Shown: positions 48,522 through 60,868, counted from the first letter of the stretch. The stretch: 61,808 bases of DNA from an uncultured Clostridia bacterium (GCA_947625805.1 CANQPT010000006.1:1-61808), one strand, 5' to 3'. Notes: generated by a model from the sequence alone, not told the origin. Program-made: numbers and translations.

Positions 48522-49349
48522 ATGGGGAGAAAACTCTTTTGTGATATATGTCCGGCAACTTATAAGATTTCTTTGGAAAAAGAAATTTTGATAAAAGATA
48601 TAAAAAACACATTTGGTAAAGAAAAAATAGCGAAAACATTTTCAAGTGACGAATTACCTAATATAGTCAAAAGCCACAGTTCCATTCTACTTCGGAACTT
48701 AGTTGGCGTTGACCCTGAATTGCAGAAAAATAAAGTTACAAACATCATGCTGGCTTGTAATAAAATTAACGGTATCATTGTACGTCCGGGAGAAACTTTC
48801 TCTTTTTGGTGCACAGTAGGTAAGCCGGGGAAAAAGGCTGGCTATAAAGAAGGTCTTGTAATCGGTCGAAATGGTTTGACATCGGGATATGGCGGCGGAT
48901 TGTGCCAAATGGCCAATATGATTCATTGGTTAGTTTTAAACAGCCCTTTAGAAGTAACAGAATTACATCATCATTCAGATGCATTATTTCCTGATGACAG
49001 GAGAAGAATTCCGTTTGGATCAGGAACGTCAGTTTCCTACAACAGTGTTGATTACAGATTTAAAAATAATACCAATCAAGATATTCAAATTCTTGTATGG
49101 TGTGAAAATGGCGAGTTATGCGGTGAATTAAGAAGTCAAAGAGAATTCCCTTATCGTTACAAACTGGTAGAAGAGAATCATCATTTTAAAAAAGAGGGTA
49201 ATAGATACTTTAGAATTTCACAAGTTTACAGAATTGTGATTGATAGAACCTCAAATGAAGAATTGTATAGAGAATTAATCTTAGATAATCATTCTGCTGT
49301 TTTGTATGATTATTCTTTCATACCAAAAGATCAAATAAGAGATGATTGA
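48522..49349 (+). CDS. VanW-family protein
   Basis: PGETFSF, GY.EG..I, GGGLCQ, HHHS, D.RFKN. Confidence 0.85.
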   Translation: MGRKLFCDICPATYKISLEKEILIKDIKNTFGKEKIAKTFSSDELPNIVKSHSSILLRNLVGVDPELQKNKVTNIMLACNKINGIIVRPGETFSFWCTVGKPGKKAGYKEGLVIGRNGLTSGYGGGLCQMANMIHWLVLNSPLEVTELHHHSDALFPDDRRRIPFGSGTSVSYNSVDYRFKNNTNQDIQILVWCENGELCGELRSQREFPYRYKLVEENHHFKKEGNRYFRISQVYRIVIDRTSNEELYRELILDNHSAVLYDYSFIPKDQIRDD

Positions 49350-50754
49350 GATGATAAATAAAATAAAGAAAATCGTGAAAGAGCATCCGGATAAAATCGC
49401 TTATAAGGTTAAGGAAAATAGTATCACCTATAATGAATTATGGAATCAAGCAAATGGTTACGCGCAACTTTTAAAAAAGCAAGGAACTTCTCCCGTAATC
49501 ATATATGGAAATAAAAACGTTGACATTGTTGTTTCTATATTGGCTTGCATCATTGCTGATAGGCCTTATGTACCTGTCGGATTATGTACGCCATTATATA
49601 GAGTACAACAGATAATAGACATTACAAATTCTTCTTTGATTTTATCTGAGAATAAACTATCATTAAACAATGCAGATTGTATTGATTTAGAGGGGCTGAA
49701 AAAATACGAGAATGTTCCAATAAAAGAAAATAAAAATGATATCGTATATATTATATTCACTTCCGGAAGTACAGGTATTCCAAAGGGCGTCGCAATTTCT
49801 AAGACAAATCTAAATAACTTTATCAACTGGATTTCTAATTTAAAGCCTTTATGTGATTATAAAGATATAAGGGTATTGAATCAAGCCAGTTTTAGCTTTG
49901 ATCTAAGTGTTGCCGATTTATATTATTCGTTATGTAATGGACATACCTTAATTGCACTTGATAACGACATACAAGAAGAATATAACGAAATATTCAGTAT
50001 AATGGCTGAAATAGATGTTGCAGTTATGACGCCAACATTTATGAAGCTGTGTTTACTCAATCATGATTTTAATTCGAAAAAATATCCTGATTTTCGGTGT
50101 GTTTATTTTTGTGGCGAACGACTGGAAGTTAAAACTGTAAAGAAACTATATGATGCGTTCCCCAATTTAAAAGTCATGAATGCTTATGGGCCGACAGAAG
50201 CAACGTCTGCAGTATCGGCAATATTAATAACAAAAGAAATGGCAAATACCCTGCAATTGCTCCCTGTCGGTGAAGCAGAAAATTTTGCAACCGATATAGA
50301 AATAATAGATGATGAAATCGTATTAAAAGGAGAAAGTGTATTTGGCGGATATCTATCCAATGACTCGGGAGGATATTATAAAGAAAACGATGTTAATTGT
50401 TTCAGAACAAACGATATCGGATACATTGAAAACGGGAAATTATATTGCAAGGGAAGGAAAGATACGCAGATCAAATATAAAGGCTATCGTATTGAACTGA
50501 GTGATATTGAGAATAACATCAATTTAATTGACGGTGTTAAAGATTGTATTGTCGTTGCAAAAGGAGACGATTCCATTGTAAAAACAATAAAAGCATTTGT
50601 GGTAGCCGATAATATTCGGGATGTTAACGATATAAAATTAGAAATTAAAAAATATATACCGGCTTATATGGTACCTAAAACGATTCAAATAATTGATAAA
50701 TTACCAATCAATCAAAATGGGAAAATAGATAGAAAGAGGTTACGTGATTTATGA
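49342..50754 (+). CDS. DltA-like D-alanine--carrier protein ligase
   Basis: FTSGSTG.PKG, NQASFSFDLSV, FCGE, YGPTEAT, GYRIEL, NGKIDR. Confidence 0.85.
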   Translation: MIEMINKIKKIVKEHPDKIAYKVKENSITYNELWNQANGYAQLLKKQGTSPVIIYGNKNVDIVVSILACIIADRPYVPVGLCTPLYRVQQIIDITNSSLILSENKLSLNNADCIDLEGLKKYENVPIKENKNDIVYIIFTSGSTGIPKGVAISKTNLNNFINWISNLKPLCDYKDIRVLNQASFSFDLSVADLYYSLCNGHTLIALDNDIQEEYNEIFSIMAEIDVAVMTPTFMKLCLLNHDFNSKKYPDFRCVYFCGERLEVKTVKKLYDAFPNLKVMNAYGPTEATSAVSAILITKEMANTLQLLPVGEAENFATDIEIIDDEIVLKGESVFGGYLSNDSGGYYKENDVNCFRTNDIGYIENGKLYCKGRKDTQIKYKGYRIELSDIENNINLIDGVKDCIVVAKGDDSIVKTIKAFVVADNIRDVNDIKLEIKKYIPAYMVPKTIQIIDKLPINQNGKIDRKRLRDL

Positions 50755-51017
50755 TGAATACTAAGATTGATGTTCCGAAGTTACTATATGAAATATGTGA
50801 AGACGAAGGGGTCTATGAAGAAAATATTGACTTGATCGAAAGTGGATTATTGGATTCTTACGCCTTCATAGAATTATTTTCAAGATTAGAGGATTATGGC
50901 ATTAATATTCAACCAACCAGAATTGACAGATCGCAATTAAGAACCGTGAAGGGAATTGAATCTCTAATTCATGATTCTCTCCTTTCCCTTTCCTGTGAAA
51001 AAGGCACAAAGAAATAA
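50751..51017 (+). CDS. DltC-like carrier protein
   Basis: DLIESGLLDS phosphopantetheine-site motif. Confidence 0.8.
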   Translation: MMNTKIDVPKLLYEICEDEGVYEENIDLIESGLLDSYAFIELFSRLEDYGINIQPTRIDRSQLRTVKGIESLIHDSLLSLSCEKGTKK

Positions 51018-51118
51018 TGCACAGTAAAAAAACAGCCGAGTTTCTTTTTGTCCCTATCCGGGATAACTCATCATCGACAAATCCACAAAGGGACGCAGGG
51101 AAGTGCGGCGGTCACAGC

Positions 51119-51147
51119 TTGACTTTTGGGCGGTTTTCTGCTATACT
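51119..51147 (+). promoter_or_regulatory. sigmaA promoter
   Basis: TTGACT-N17-TATACT. Confidence 0.7.
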
Positions 51148-51178
51148 GAAGTAAGAAGATACTTCGACGAGGAACGCA

Positions 51179-51898
51179 ATGGCACTTTATGATCTTGCGG
51201 GGCTTTTGGTGGAAATGTCGCCGCGTTATCCGACCCTGCTCACACAGGCCGAGCCCTATCGCTCCGAGCGCGACGGCAAAGCACAGATCACGATCACTCC
51301 GCCGCAGGATTATGTCGCACAGATGCAGGAGAACGATCCGGGGTTAAGTGAGGATCAGTGCGAATATTTGGCCTTTGGATCGCTCTTTTACCGGCAGTTG
51401 CTGCGCTTTGGCGGCATGATGCTTCATTCCTCTGCCGTGGTAGCCGACGGTCGGGCATATCTGTTCACCGCGCCGCCCGGAACGGGAAAATCCACCCACA
51501 CTGCCCTATGGTTACAGAAGTTCGGAGAGCGGGCGTATATTCTCAATGATGATAAACCGGCGCTGCGCTTTGCAGACGGAAAGTTGTACGCCTACGGCAC
51601 GCCCTTTTCGGGCAAAACCGATCTTTCCCGCAATACCTGCGCGCCCGTGGCGGGTATCTGCATTCTCGAGCGAGGCACAGTCGATTGCATCGCGCCCATC
51701 AGCGCCGAGCAGGCTCTGCCCCTCTTGTATGAACAGACCGTGCGTATCCTGCCCCGTACGGGTGCAGAGTTGATGCTGGATATTTTAGTGCGTACAGCAC
51801 AGGCGGCGCCGCTCTTTCGCATGCAGTGCACGCCTACACCCACGGCGGTGCTGATCGCCTATCAGGCCATGTGCCCCAAGGATAAGGAGAAAAGGTAA
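51179..51898 (+). CDS. HPr-kinase-like P-loop protein (ScmC / lasso-peptide kinase-like)
   Basis: LHSSAV, APPGTGKST, LNDD, GTPF.G. Confidence 0.75.
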   Translation: MALYDLAGLLVEMSPRYPTLLTQAEPYRSERDGKAQITITPPQDYVAQMQENDPGLSEDQCEYLAFGSLFYRQLLRFGGMMLHSSAVVADGRAYLFTAPPGTGKSTHTALWLQKFGERAYILNDDKPALRFADGKLYAYGTPFSGKTDLSRNTCAPVAGICILERGTVDCIAPISAEQALPLLYEQTVRILPRTGAELMLDILVRTAQAAPLFRMQCTPTPTAVLIAYQAMCPKDKEKR

Positions 51899-51899
51899 G

Positions 51900-52166
51900 A
51901 TGAAGATTAAAAACGATTTTATTCTGCGCAAGGTAGGAGATACCGGCGCGGTCGTGCCGGTCGGACAAGCATCCCGGGAATTTGACGGCATGGTGACCCT
52001 TAACGCAACCGGAGTTTTTCTCTGGGAACATCTGCAAAAGAAAACCACCCGCGAAGCCCTGATCGCCGCGCTGACCGCCGAATACGAGGTGGACCCGCAG
52101 GTCGCAAGTGCCGACGTCGACGCTTTTCTGCAAAATGCAAAAGACGCAGGACTACTTGTGGAATAA
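51900..52166 (+). CDS. PqqD-family RiPP recognition element
   Basis: LNATG.FLWE.L, L.AEY.V, DV.AFL. Confidence 0.85.
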   Translation: MKIKNDFILRKVGDTGAVVPVGQASREFDGMVTLNATGVFLWEHLQKKTTREALIAALTAEYEVDPQVASADVDAFLQNAKDAGLLVE

Positions 52167-52191
52167 TGGTTGTAAATCCCATCAAAACCCG

Positions 52192-52224
52192 AAAAAACCG
52201 CACACGCCCGTGTGCGGCTTTTTT
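52192..52224. terminator. Bidirectional terminator (pqqD/rpoC)
   Basis: A6-CCGCACAC/GTGTGCGG-CT6. Confidence 0.8.
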
Positions 52225-52237
52225 CATCTATTGCGGA

Positions 52238-55200
52238 TCAATCGGCGGTTTCGGTCTTCTCCGCAGGCTCTGCGGGCGCGTTTTCTTCCGCTACAGGCGC
52301 GTTCTCTTCTGCCGCAGGCTCGGCCGGGATCGGCTCTTGCCCGGAAGGCTCGTTCTTTTCGACGCCGACCTCATGGTAGCGGGCCATACCCGTTCCCGCT
52401 GGGATCAATTTACCGATAATCACGTTCTCCTTCAGACCCAGCAGGTGGTCGACTTTACCGTGAATGGCCGCCTCGGTGAGCACCTTGGTGGTCTCCTGGA
52501 AGGATGCCGCGGATAAGAAAGATTCGGTCATCAGCGACGCCTTGGTGATACCCAACAGTGTCGGTACGCCGACGGCCGGGCAAAGTTCGATCTCGCCTGC
52601 GTCGATGCGCGCCTGAATCTGCTCGTTGGCACGCTGGAACTCGAGTTTATCGACCATAGAGCCAATCAAAAGATCGGTATCTCCGCTGTCCTCGATGCGC
52701 ACCTTGCGGGTCATCTGGCGGGCAATGACTTCGATATGCTTATCGTTGATCTCAACCGACTCCATACGGTAGACCCTCTGCACCTCGCGGAGCAGGTAGT
52801 CGTAGGTTTCGTCGAGACCGTTGATCCGGGCGATATCCTGCGGATACTTGTTGCCCTCGGTCAGCGCCTGACCCTTGACCACATAGTCGCCCTCTGCGAC
52901 CAAGATCCGTATGCCGTATGCCACGGGGTAGAACTTCTGTTCTCCGCCTTCGCCGGTCAGAACGATATTGCGCATATGCTTGATCTCGTCAAAGCTGACC
53001 GTTCCGGCGATCTCGGCAAGCACGGCAGTCTTTTTGGGTCTGCGTGCCTCGAACAACTCTTCGACACGGGGCAGACCGTTGGTGATATCCGATCCTGATG
53101 CCACGCCGCCCTGGTGGAACGTTCTCATGGTCAACTGTGTACCCGGCTCACCGATCGACTGTGCCGCGATGATACCCACAGCCTCACCCACGTTGACCTT
53201 CTTGCTGGTGGCAAGGTCGCTGCCGTAACAGTGTGCGCAGACGCCGTTCTTGGCCTCGCACTCGAGAATGGTGCGGATATAGACCCGCTCGATTCCGGCG
53301 TTCACAATGGCCGTGACCTGTGCCGCGTTCAGCATATCGCCGTCGGATGCAAGCACTTCACCGGTGGCGGGATCCACCGCGTCGCCGATGATATAACGGC
53401 CCAAAAGGCGGTCGGACAACGGCTCGATGACGTCGTTGTCGTCGGTGATCTGGCTGACCCAGATACCCTTGCGTGTGCCGCAGTCCTCCTCGCGGATAAT
53501 GACCTCCTGGGAAACGTCCACAAGACGGCGGGTCAGATAACCTGAGTCTGCGGTACGAAGCGCCGTATCGGACAGAGATTTACGTGAGCCTCTTGCCGCC
53601 ATGAAGTACTCGAGGATATTAAGCCCCTCGCGGAAGTTACTCTTGATCGGGATCTCCATGGTACGACCGGTGGCAGACATCATCAGTCCGCGCATACCGG
53701 CAAGCTGACGCATCTGGGTAATGTTACCGCGGGCTCCCGAATCGGACATCATCTTGAGCGGATTGTACCGATCAAGCCCCGACTGGAGTGCGGTGACCAC
53801 GTCCTTGGTAGCCTGAGTCCAGATATCGACCACCGCATTGTAGCGCTCTTCCTCGGTCAACTCGCCTCGCTCAAAGTGTCCGAAGATGTTCTCTACCTGC
53901 TTTTCCGCATCTGCGATGATGTCATATTTTGCCTGCGGAATTTCGACGTCGGCAACCGAGATCGAGATAGCCGCTTTGGTAGAATATTTATAGCCCATCG
54001 ACTTGATGTTGTCGAGCACCTGAGCGGTAGTTGCCGAGCCGTGCAGTTTCATGCAGCGGTCGACGATCTCGCGCAAATCCTTGCTCTTGACCGTGAACAT
54101 GACCTCAAGATCGAGCAGTTTGTCGGGATCAGAACGATCCACAAAGCCAAGATCCTGCGGAATCTGACTGTTGAAAATCAACCGTCCCAGAGTCGCGTCG
54201 ATCATGCCGCTATGCTCGACCCCGTCGATCTGTCTGGTAACGCGGATACGAATGGGGGCGTGCAGGCCCAGATCGCCGTTCTCATAAGCCATCATGGCCT
54301 CGTTGAAGTCGCGGTAAGCATGACCCTCACCCGGCTCGCCCGCCTTGTCGATGGTAAGATAGAACGATCCGAGCACCATGTCCTGGGAAGGCACTGCCAC
54401 GGCACGGCCGTCCGCCGGCTTTAAGAAATTGTTGGCCGACAGCATGAGGAAACGTGCCTCCGCCTGTGCCTCGCTGGAAAGCGGGACGTGTACCGGCATC
54501 TGGTCGCCGTCAAAGTCGGCGTTGAAAGCGGTACAAACCAACGGATGCAGTTTGATGGCGCGGCCCTCTACCAGCACAGGCTCGAATGCCTGAATGGACA
54601 GACGGTGCAGGGTGGGCGCACGGTTGAGCAGAACCGGATGGTCCTTGATGACGTTTTCGAGCGCGTCCCATACCTCGGGTGCGACCTTCTCGACCTTTTT
54701 CTTTGCGTCCTTGATGTTGGTGGCCTTTTGCGTTTCCACCAAACGCTTCATGACAAACGGCTTGAACAGTTCCAGCGCCATTTCCTTGGGAAGACCGCAC
54801 TGATAGATCTTAAGTTCAGGGCCTACCACGATTACCGAACGGCCGGAGTAGTCCACACGTTTGCCGAGAAGATTCTGACGGAAGCGTCCCTGCTTACCGC
54901 GCAGCATCTCGGAGAGCGACTTGAGCGGACGGCTGGAAGGGCCGGTGACCGGCTTGCCGCGTCTGCCGTTGTCGATCAGAGAATCGACCGCCTCCTGCAG
55001 CATACGCTTCTCATTGCGGATAATGATATCCGGAGCATGCAGTTCCATCAGCCGTTTGAGACGGTTGTTGCGGTTGATCACGCGGCGGTAGAGGTCGTTC
55101 AGGTCCGAGGTTGCAAACCGACCGCCGTCAAGTTGTGTCATCGGTCGGATATCCGGAGGGCTGACCGGGACCACGTCAAGAATCATCCACTCGGGCTTGT

Positions 55201-55858
55201 TGCCCGAAAGGCGGAACGCCTCGACGACTTCTAAGCGCTTGATAATGCGGGTCTTTTTCTGACCGGTCGCGGTTTTGAGTTCTTCCTTGAGCTGCTTCGA
55301 GAGCGCCTCCACATCGATCTCGGCAAGCAGTTCCTTGATGGCTTCTGCGCCCATGCCGACCCGGAAGTCGTTTTCATAGCGCTCGTAGTACTCCTTGTAT
55401 TCGCGGTCATCCAGTTGCTGATATTTCTCGAGCGGCGTGCTGCCCGGATCGATGACGATATACTGGGCAAAGTAGAGCACCTTTTCCAGCGCCCGGGGCG
55501 ACAGGTCAAGGAAGAGCGCCATGCGGGAGGGGATGGCCTTGAAATACCAGATATGGGAAACCGGAGCGGCAAGCTCAATATGACCCATTCTCTCACGGCG
55601 CACTTTTTTGGTCGTAACCTCAACCCCGCACTTTTCGCACACCTTGCCCTTGTAGCGCACGCGCTTATATTTACCGCACAAGCACTCCCAGTCCTTGGTA
55701 GGCCCAAAGATCCTCTCGCAGAACAGGCCGTCCCGTTCTGCCTTCAGGGTGCGGTAGTTGATGGTCTCCGGCTTAGTGACCTCGCCATAGGACCAGCTTC
55801 TGATTGTATCGGGAGAAGCCAGACCGATTTGGATGGAATCAAATGCGTTATCGTTCAT
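52238..55858 (-). CDS. rpoC: RNA polymerase beta' subunit
   Basis: [27 protein letters not shown]. Confidence 0.99.
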   Translation of the reverse strand: MNDNAFDSIQIGLASPDTIRSWSYGEVTKPETINYRTLKAERDGLFCERIFGPTKDWECLCGKYKRVRYKGKVCEKCGVEVTTKKVRRERMGHIELAAPVSHIWYFKAIPSRMALFLDLSPRALEKVLYFAQYIVIDPGSTPLEKYQQLDDREYKEYYERYENDFRVGMGAEAIKELLAEIDVEALSKQLKEELKTATGQKKTRIIKRLEVVEAFRLSGNKPEWMILDVVPVSPPDIRPMTQLDGGRFATSDLNDLYRRVINRNNRLKRLMELHAPDIIIRNEKRMLQEAVDSLIDNGRRGKPVTGPSSRPLKSLSEMLRGKQGRFRQNLLGKRVDYSGRSVIVVGPELKIYQCGLPKEMALELFKPFVMKRLVETQKATNIKDAKKKVEKVAPEVWDALENVIKDHPVLLNRAPTLHRLSIQAFEPVLVEGRAIKLHPLVCTAFNADFDGDQMPVHVPLSSEAQAEARFLMLSANNFLKPADGRAVAVPSQDMVLGSFYLTIDKAGEPGEGHAYRDFNEAMMAYENGDLGLHAPIRIRVTRQIDGVEHSGMIDATLGRLIFNSQIPQDLGFVDRSDPDKLLDLEVMFTVKSKDLREIVDRCMKLHGSATTAQVLDNIKSMGYKYSTKAAISISVADVEIPQAKYDIIADAEKQVENIFGHFERGELTEEERYNAVVDIWTQATKDVVTALQSGLDRYNPLKMMSDSGARGNITQMRQLAGMRGLMMSATGRTMEIPIKSNFREGLNILEYFMAARGSRKSLSDTALRTADSGYLTRRLVDVSQEVIIREEDCGTRKGIWVSQITDDNDVIEPLSDRLLGRYIIGDAVDPATGEVLASDGDMLNAAQVTAIVNAGIERVYIRTILECEAKNGVCAHCYGSDLATSKKVNVGEAVGIIAAQSIGEPGTQLTMRTFHQGGVASGSDITNGLPRVEELFEARRPKKTAVLAEIAGTVSFDEIKHMRNIVLTGEGGEQKFYPVAYGIRILVAEGDYVVKGQALTEGNKYPQDIARINGLDETYDYLLREVQRVYRMESVEINDKHIEVIARQMTRKVRIEDSGDTDLLIGSMVDKLEFQRANEQIQARIDAGEIELCPAVGVPTLLGITKASLMTESFLSAASFQETTKVLTEAAIHGKVDHLLGLKENVIIGKLIPAGTGMARYHEVGVEKNEPSGQEPIPAEPAAEENAPVAEENAPAEPAEKTETAD

Positions 55859-55877
55859 TCCTATCTTCTCCTAACTC

Positions 55878-58800
55878 TTAAAAATCTTCTTGGTCGTACG
55901 TGCCGTCGTCCGCGAACTCATCGTCCGGGAATTCTTCTTCCACAAAGTACTCGTTGATCTCGTCCTCGCTTGCAACCGTCGGGCCGAGATCGTCCTCCGG
56001 CACATAGTTGGGAAGATTCATGTCGGCGTCGTCCAGTTCCGTCAGTTCAATGGTCTGTCCGTCTTTGTCCATAATGTGCACGTCCAGACACAGGGTCTGT
56101 AACTCTTTGACCAGCACTTTGAACGATTCCGGTACGCCCGGCTGCGGAATGTTCTGCCCCTTGACGATCGCCTCGTATGCCTTGACACGGCCGTTGACGT
56201 CGTCGCTCTTGACAGTCAGGATCTCCTGCAGGGTGTAGGCCGCGCCGTATGCCTCCAGCGCCCAGACCTCCATCTCGCCGAACCGCTGTCCGCCGAACTG
56301 GGCTTTTCCGCCCAGCGGCTGTTGGGTGATCAGCGAGTAGGGTCCGGTCGAGCGGGCGTGTACCTTGTCGTCCACCAGGTGATGGAGTTTGAGATAGTAC
56401 ATGATGCCGACCGTGACCGGGTTGTCGAACGGCTCGCCCGTGCGTCCGTCATACAGAACGGTTTTCCCGTCCGGACGCATACCGGCGCGCTCGAGCATTG
56501 CTTTCATATCGTCGTCGTTCGCTCCGTCAAAGACCGGGGTCATCACGTGCCAGCCGAGTTTCTTGGCGGCCATGCCGAGATGCACCTCCAGCACCTGTCC
56601 GATGTTCATTCGGGAAGGCACGCCCAGCGGATTGAGCACGATGTCCAGCGGTGTGCCGTCCGGTAAGAAAGGCATATCTTCCGGCGGGAGAATGCGGGAA
56701 ACGACGCCCTTGTTGCCGTGTCGGCCTGCCATCTTGTCGCCTACCGAGATCTTTCTCTTTTGTGCGATATAGACCCGCACCACCTTGTGCACGCCGGGGG
56801 ATAGTTCATCCGCGTTCTCGCGGGAGAACACCTTGACGTCCACGACGATGCCCGACATACCGTGGGGCACACGCAGCGAGGTGTCGCGCACCTCGCGGGC
56901 CTTTTCGCCGAAGATGGCGCGCAGTAAGCGCTCCTCGGCGGTCAGTTCGGTTTCGCCCTTGGGCGTGACCTTACCTACCAGAATGTCGCCCGCGCGTACT
57001 TCGGTACCTTTGCGGACGATCCCGTCGGGATCGAGATCCTTGAGGGCGTCGTCGCCCACGTTGGGAATCTCGCGGGTAATCTCCTCCGGACCGAGTTTGG
57101 TATCTCTTGCCTCGTGGGAGAATTCTTCAATATGAATGGAAGTATATACGTCGTCGCGAACCAGTCGTTCGTTGAGCAGGACCGCGTCCTCGTAGTTGTA
57201 GCCCTCCCATGTCATAAAGCCGATCAATGCGTTCTTGCCCAGCGAGATCTCGCCGCCGGCGGTTGCAGGACCGTCCGCAATGACCTGACCCACCTCGATC
57301 TTGTCACCCAGACTTACGATCGGGCGCTGATTGACGCAGGTGCCGTGGTTGGAGCGGTTGAATTTGATCAGGTGATAGGTGTCCGACCCGCCGCCGTCGC
57401 GGTCGATGGTGATCTGATCGGCGGTTACGCGGCTGACCGTGCCCGCCGCCTTGGCGCAAACCACAACGCCCGAGTCGACCGCCGCCTTGTACTCCATGCC
57501 GGTACCGACAATCGGCGCTTCGGTGACCATGAGCGGCACTGCCTGCTTCTGCATATTGGAGCCCATGAGCGCACGGGAGTTGTCGTCATTCTCAAGGAAA
57601 GGAATCATTGCGGTGGCAACCGACACCACCATCTTGGGCGATACGTCCATATAATCTGCCTGAGACGCTTCGACCTCGACGATCTCGGTGCGCATACGGG
57701 CGGTCACGCGCTTGTTGACAAAGCGGTTTTTCTCATCGAGCGGTTCGTTTGCCTGCGCGACGATATATGCGTCCTCCTGGTCGGCGGTCATGTAGACGAT
57801 CTCGTTTGTCACCACGCCCTTTTTCTTGTCGATTTTGCGGTAGGGCGCCATGATAAAGCCGTACTCGTTGATCCGGGCATAGGTGGCAAGATAGGAGATA
57901 AGACCGATGTTGGGACCTTCCGGGGTCTCGATCGGGCACATTCTGCCGTAATGGGTATAGTGTACGTCACGCACCTCGAAAGACGCGCGGTCACGGGAAA
58001 GTCCTCCGGGACCGAGTGCCGACAGACGGCGCTTGTGGGTCAGTTCTGCCAGCGGGTTGTGCTGATCCATGAACTGAGAAAGGGGAGAGGAGCCGAAGAA
58101 CTCGCGGATGGCGGTCACCACCGGGCGTATGTTGATCAAAGCCTCGGGGGTGATGGTCTCGCTGTCCTGAATGGTCATGCGCTCCTTGATGATCTTGTCC
58201 ATACGGGAGAAACCGATGCGCATCTGATTTTGCAAGAGTTCGCCCACCGAACGCAGACGGCGGTTGCCCAGATGGTCGATGTCATCCACCGTTCCCACCG
58301 CGTGGGAGAGGGAGATAAGATAGTTGATGGAAGCGAAAATGTCCTGCTTGGTGATATGCTTGGGAGCAAGTTCATGCCGACGCGCGTCACACGCCGCAAG
58401 CACGGCCGCCTTGTCGGAGCCGCACTCTTCGAATATCTCGTTTAAGACACGCAAATCGACCTTGCCGGTAATCTTGACCTCGGAAAGATCATATCCCAGC
58501 ACGCTTTCCGGATAGACCATGCCGTTGGAGAATACCCGGACTTCGGTCTCGTCCTCGGCGATGACCGTGACCTCGTTGACGCCTGCGCGCTCGATCTTTT
58601 CGGCCTTTTCGGCGTCGAGGGTTGTCCCGCTTGCGGCGATCACTTCGCCCGTGATGGCGGACACCGCGTCGGAGGCCAGCTTGAGGCCTGCAATCCGGGA
58701 GGCGATGCCCATCTTCTTGTTGAATTTATACCGTCCGACCGGCGCAAGATCATACCGCTTTGGGTCGAAGAACAGGTTGCCGATCAGGGTTAAGGCGCTT

Positions 58801-59570
58801 TCCACCAGCGGCGGCTCGCCCGGACGCAGCCTTTTGTAGATCTCTTTGAGGGACTCGTCGCGCTCAGTAGTACCGTTGGCGATTGCCTCCTCCTTCATGC
58901 CGTCCTTTTCCAGGGTAGAGGTGATCTTGATATCCTCACCGAACATCTCGCGGATCTTCTGGTCGGTATCCACGCCGAGAGCCCGCAGCAGCACGGTGAT
59001 CGGGATCTTACGGTTTTTATCAATGCGCACATAGAACACGTCGTTGACGTCAGTCTCGTACTCTAACCACGCGCCGCGATAGGGAATAACCGTGGCGGCA
59101 TAGTTGGATTTACCCGATTTGTCCACGCTGGATTCATAGTACATACCGGGACTGCGGACGATCTGAGAAACCACCACGCGCTCGGCGCCGTTGATGATAA
59201 ATGTTCCGTTCTCGGTCATGAGCGGAAAATCGCCCATGAAGATCTCCTTCTCGGAAACCTCGCCCGTCTCCTTGTTGAACAGGCGCACGACCACGCGCAG
59301 GGGTGCGGCATAGTTGACGTCACGCTCCTTGCACTCCTCCTCCGGGTATTTGGGGGTCGGGTCGATCGAATAACTGACAAACTCGATCTGCAGGTTGCCC
59401 GAATAGTCCACGATGGGGGACACGTCGCGCAGCACCTCGTTGAGTCCGTCTTCCAAAAACCACTGATAAGACTTTTTCTGAACTTCCAAAAGATCCGGCA
59501 TGTCAATGACTTCGTGGATTCTTGAAAAACTCATTCTCGTGGTGTTTCCCATCTTCTGGGGGTTGACCAT
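55878..59570 (-). CDS. rpoB: RNA polymerase beta subunit
   Basis: [21 protein letters not shown]; GGAGGAG RBS before ATG 59570. Confidence 0.99.
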   Translation of the reverse strand: MVNPQKMGNTTRMSFSRIHEVIDMPDLLEVQKKSYQWFLEDGLNEVLRDVSPIVDYSGNLQIEFVSYSIDPTPKYPEEECKERDVNYAAPLRVVVRLFNKETGEVSEKEIFMGDFPLMTENGTFIINGAERVVVSQIVRSPGMYYESSVDKSGKSNYAATVIPYRGAWLEYETDVNDVFYVRIDKNRKIPITVLLRALGVDTDQKIREMFGEDIKITSTLEKDGMKEEAIANGTTERDESLKEIYKRLRPGEPPLVESALTLIGNLFFDPKRYDLAPVGRYKFNKKMGIASRIAGLKLASDAVSAITGEVIAASGTTLDAEKAEKIERAGVNEVTVIAEDETEVRVFSNGMVYPESVLGYDLSEVKITGKVDLRVLNEIFEECGSDKAAVLAACDARRHELAPKHITKQDIFASINYLISLSHAVGTVDDIDHLGNRRLRSVGELLQNQMRIGFSRMDKIIKERMTIQDSETITPEALINIRPVVTAIREFFGSSPLSQFMDQHNPLAELTHKRRLSALGPGGLSRDRASFEVRDVHYTHYGRMCPIETPEGPNIGLISYLATYARINEYGFIMAPYRKIDKKKGVVTNEIVYMTADQEDAYIVAQANEPLDEKNRFVNKRVTARMRTEIVEVEASQADYMDVSPKMVVSVATAMIPFLENDDNSRALMGSNMQKQAVPLMVTEAPIVGTGMEYKAAVDSGVVVCAKAAGTVSRVTADQITIDRDGGGSDTYHLIKFNRSNHGTCVNQRPIVSLGDKIEVGQVIADGPATAGGEISLGKNALIGFMTWEGYNYEDAVLLNERLVRDDVYTSIHIEEFSHEARDTKLGPEEITREIPNVGDDALKDLDPDGIVRKGTEVRAGDILVGKVTPKGETELTAEERLLRAIFGEKAREVRDTSLRVPHGMSGIVVDVKVFSRENADELSPGVHKVVRVYIAQKRKISVGDKMAGRHGNKGVVSRILPPEDMPFLPDGTPLDIVLNPLGVPSRMNIGQVLEVHLGMAAKKLGWHVMTPVFDGANDDDMKAMLERAGMRPDGKTVLYDGRTGEPFDNPVTVGIMYYLKLHHLVDDKVHARSTGPYSLITQQPLGGKAQFGGQRFGEMEVWALEAYGAAYTLQEILTVKSDDVNGRVKAYEAIVKGQNIPQPGVPESFKVLVKELQTLCLDVHIMDKDGQTIELTELDDADMNLPNYVPEDDLGPTVASEDEINEYFVEEEFPDDEFADDGTYDQEDF

Positions 59571-59992
59571 TAACTTTCTCCTCCGTTTCCGCAATAAAAA
59601 GGGCATACCGAACACAGAGCCGCCGCGATTTAACATTTTGTTTACATTTGTCCTTTGCCATGCCAAGGCTGGTTACCGGCATTTGATCGGCAAAGATGCA
59701 CCCAAAGGTAAATCGCGCGTACCGCTGTTTACGGATATACCGCTTGTTTTTCTGTCTTTATTGGATTTCCTCCGAAAGCCCGAATCAGCACAATTCGGAT
59801 TTTTCAGTATTATACATTGTATCACAGGTTTTTCTGCCTGTCAAGGGGAAAACCGGAAATTTTTATCGATTGTTCTGCGATTTTTCAAACGGTTGAAAAT
59901 TCACAAAACGTCTTGCAACCGGCAAAATTTAAGAGTATAATGGGAGCCGTAAAACCCATAATTCAAAAATTGATTTGCGGTATATTTAGAGA

Positions 59993-60868
59993 ATGGATAT
60001 GGATTTGAAGCATTGTACCCTCTGTCCGAGGCGGTGCGGAGCCGACCGGACGGCGGGGGTCGGATATTGCGGTGCGCCGGGTGAGGTGCGTGTCGCACGT
60101 GCCGCGCTGCACAGATGGGAAGAGCCGTGCATTTCAGGAGAGCGCGGCTCGGGCGCCGTCTTTTTTGCAGGCTGTCCGCTGCACTGTGTGTTTTGCCAAA
60201 ACCACGCGATCAGCGGCGGCGCCGGCGGGCGCACGCTTACAACCGGGGAACTCTCCCGGGCCTTTCTCGATTTACAAGCGCAGGGGGCGCACAATATCAA
60301 TCTGGTCAGTCCGACCCAATACATTCCAGCCATCGCCGAGGCTCTGCGGGCGGTGCGCGGGGAATTGCACGTCTCCGTAGTTTATAATACCGGCGGTTAC
60401 GAGCGGGCCGAAAGTCTGCGCTCTCTTGCAGGTTTGGTGGACGTCTATCTTCCGGATATCAAATATTTTAACCCCGCTCTGTCAAAAGCCTATGCAAACG
60501 CGCCCGATTATTTTGACTGTGCGATGAACGCACTGCGGGAAATGTTCGCGCAGGTCGGCCGTCCGGTGATGCGAAAGGGACTGCTCATGCGCGGAATGCT
60601 GGTGCGGCATCTGGTGCTGCCCGGCTGCCGCCGGGACAGCATTGCGATCGTCCGGACGCTGTCTGAGGCCTTTTCGTCCGAGGATTTTCTTTTCTCTCTT
60701 ATGCGGCAGTACACTCCCATGCCGGGCGTACCCCGGTCTCTTGCCCGCACGATCACCACCTTTGAGTACGAGAGCGTGGCGGACGAGGTACTGCGCGCGG
60801 GCTTTAACGGATTTTTTCAAGACCCGGGGTCGGCAACCGATGCTTACATTCCCGCGTTCGATACTTGA
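59993..60868 (+). CDS. Radical SAM protein, PflX-like
   Basis: CTLCPRRC, EEPCISG..GSG.VFF.GC.LHCVFCQN, VRHLVLPG. Confidence 0.88.
   Translation: MDMDLKHCTLCPRRCGADRTAGVGYCGAPGEVRVARAALHRWEEPCISGERGSGAVFFAGCPLHCVFCQNHAISGGAGGRTLTTGELSRAFLDLQAQGAHNINLVSPTQYIPAIAEALRAVRGELHVSVVYNTGGYERAESLRSLAGLVDVYLPDIKYFNPALSKAYANAPDYFDCAMNALREMFAQVGRPVMRKGLLMRGMLVRHLVLPGCRRDSIAIVRTLSEAFSSEDFLFSLMRQYTPMPGVPRSLARTITTFEYESVADEVLRAGFNGFFQDPGSATDAYIPAFDT

Noticed and set aside
48522-49349. Vancomycin resistance cluster
   Set aside because: Only vanW is present; no ligase, vanH/X/Y/T or vanRS.
36552-59940. Plus-strand ORFs antisense to copA and rpoBC, and alternate frames in spoIIE
   Set aside because: GC-rich shadow frames overlapping well-supported genes.
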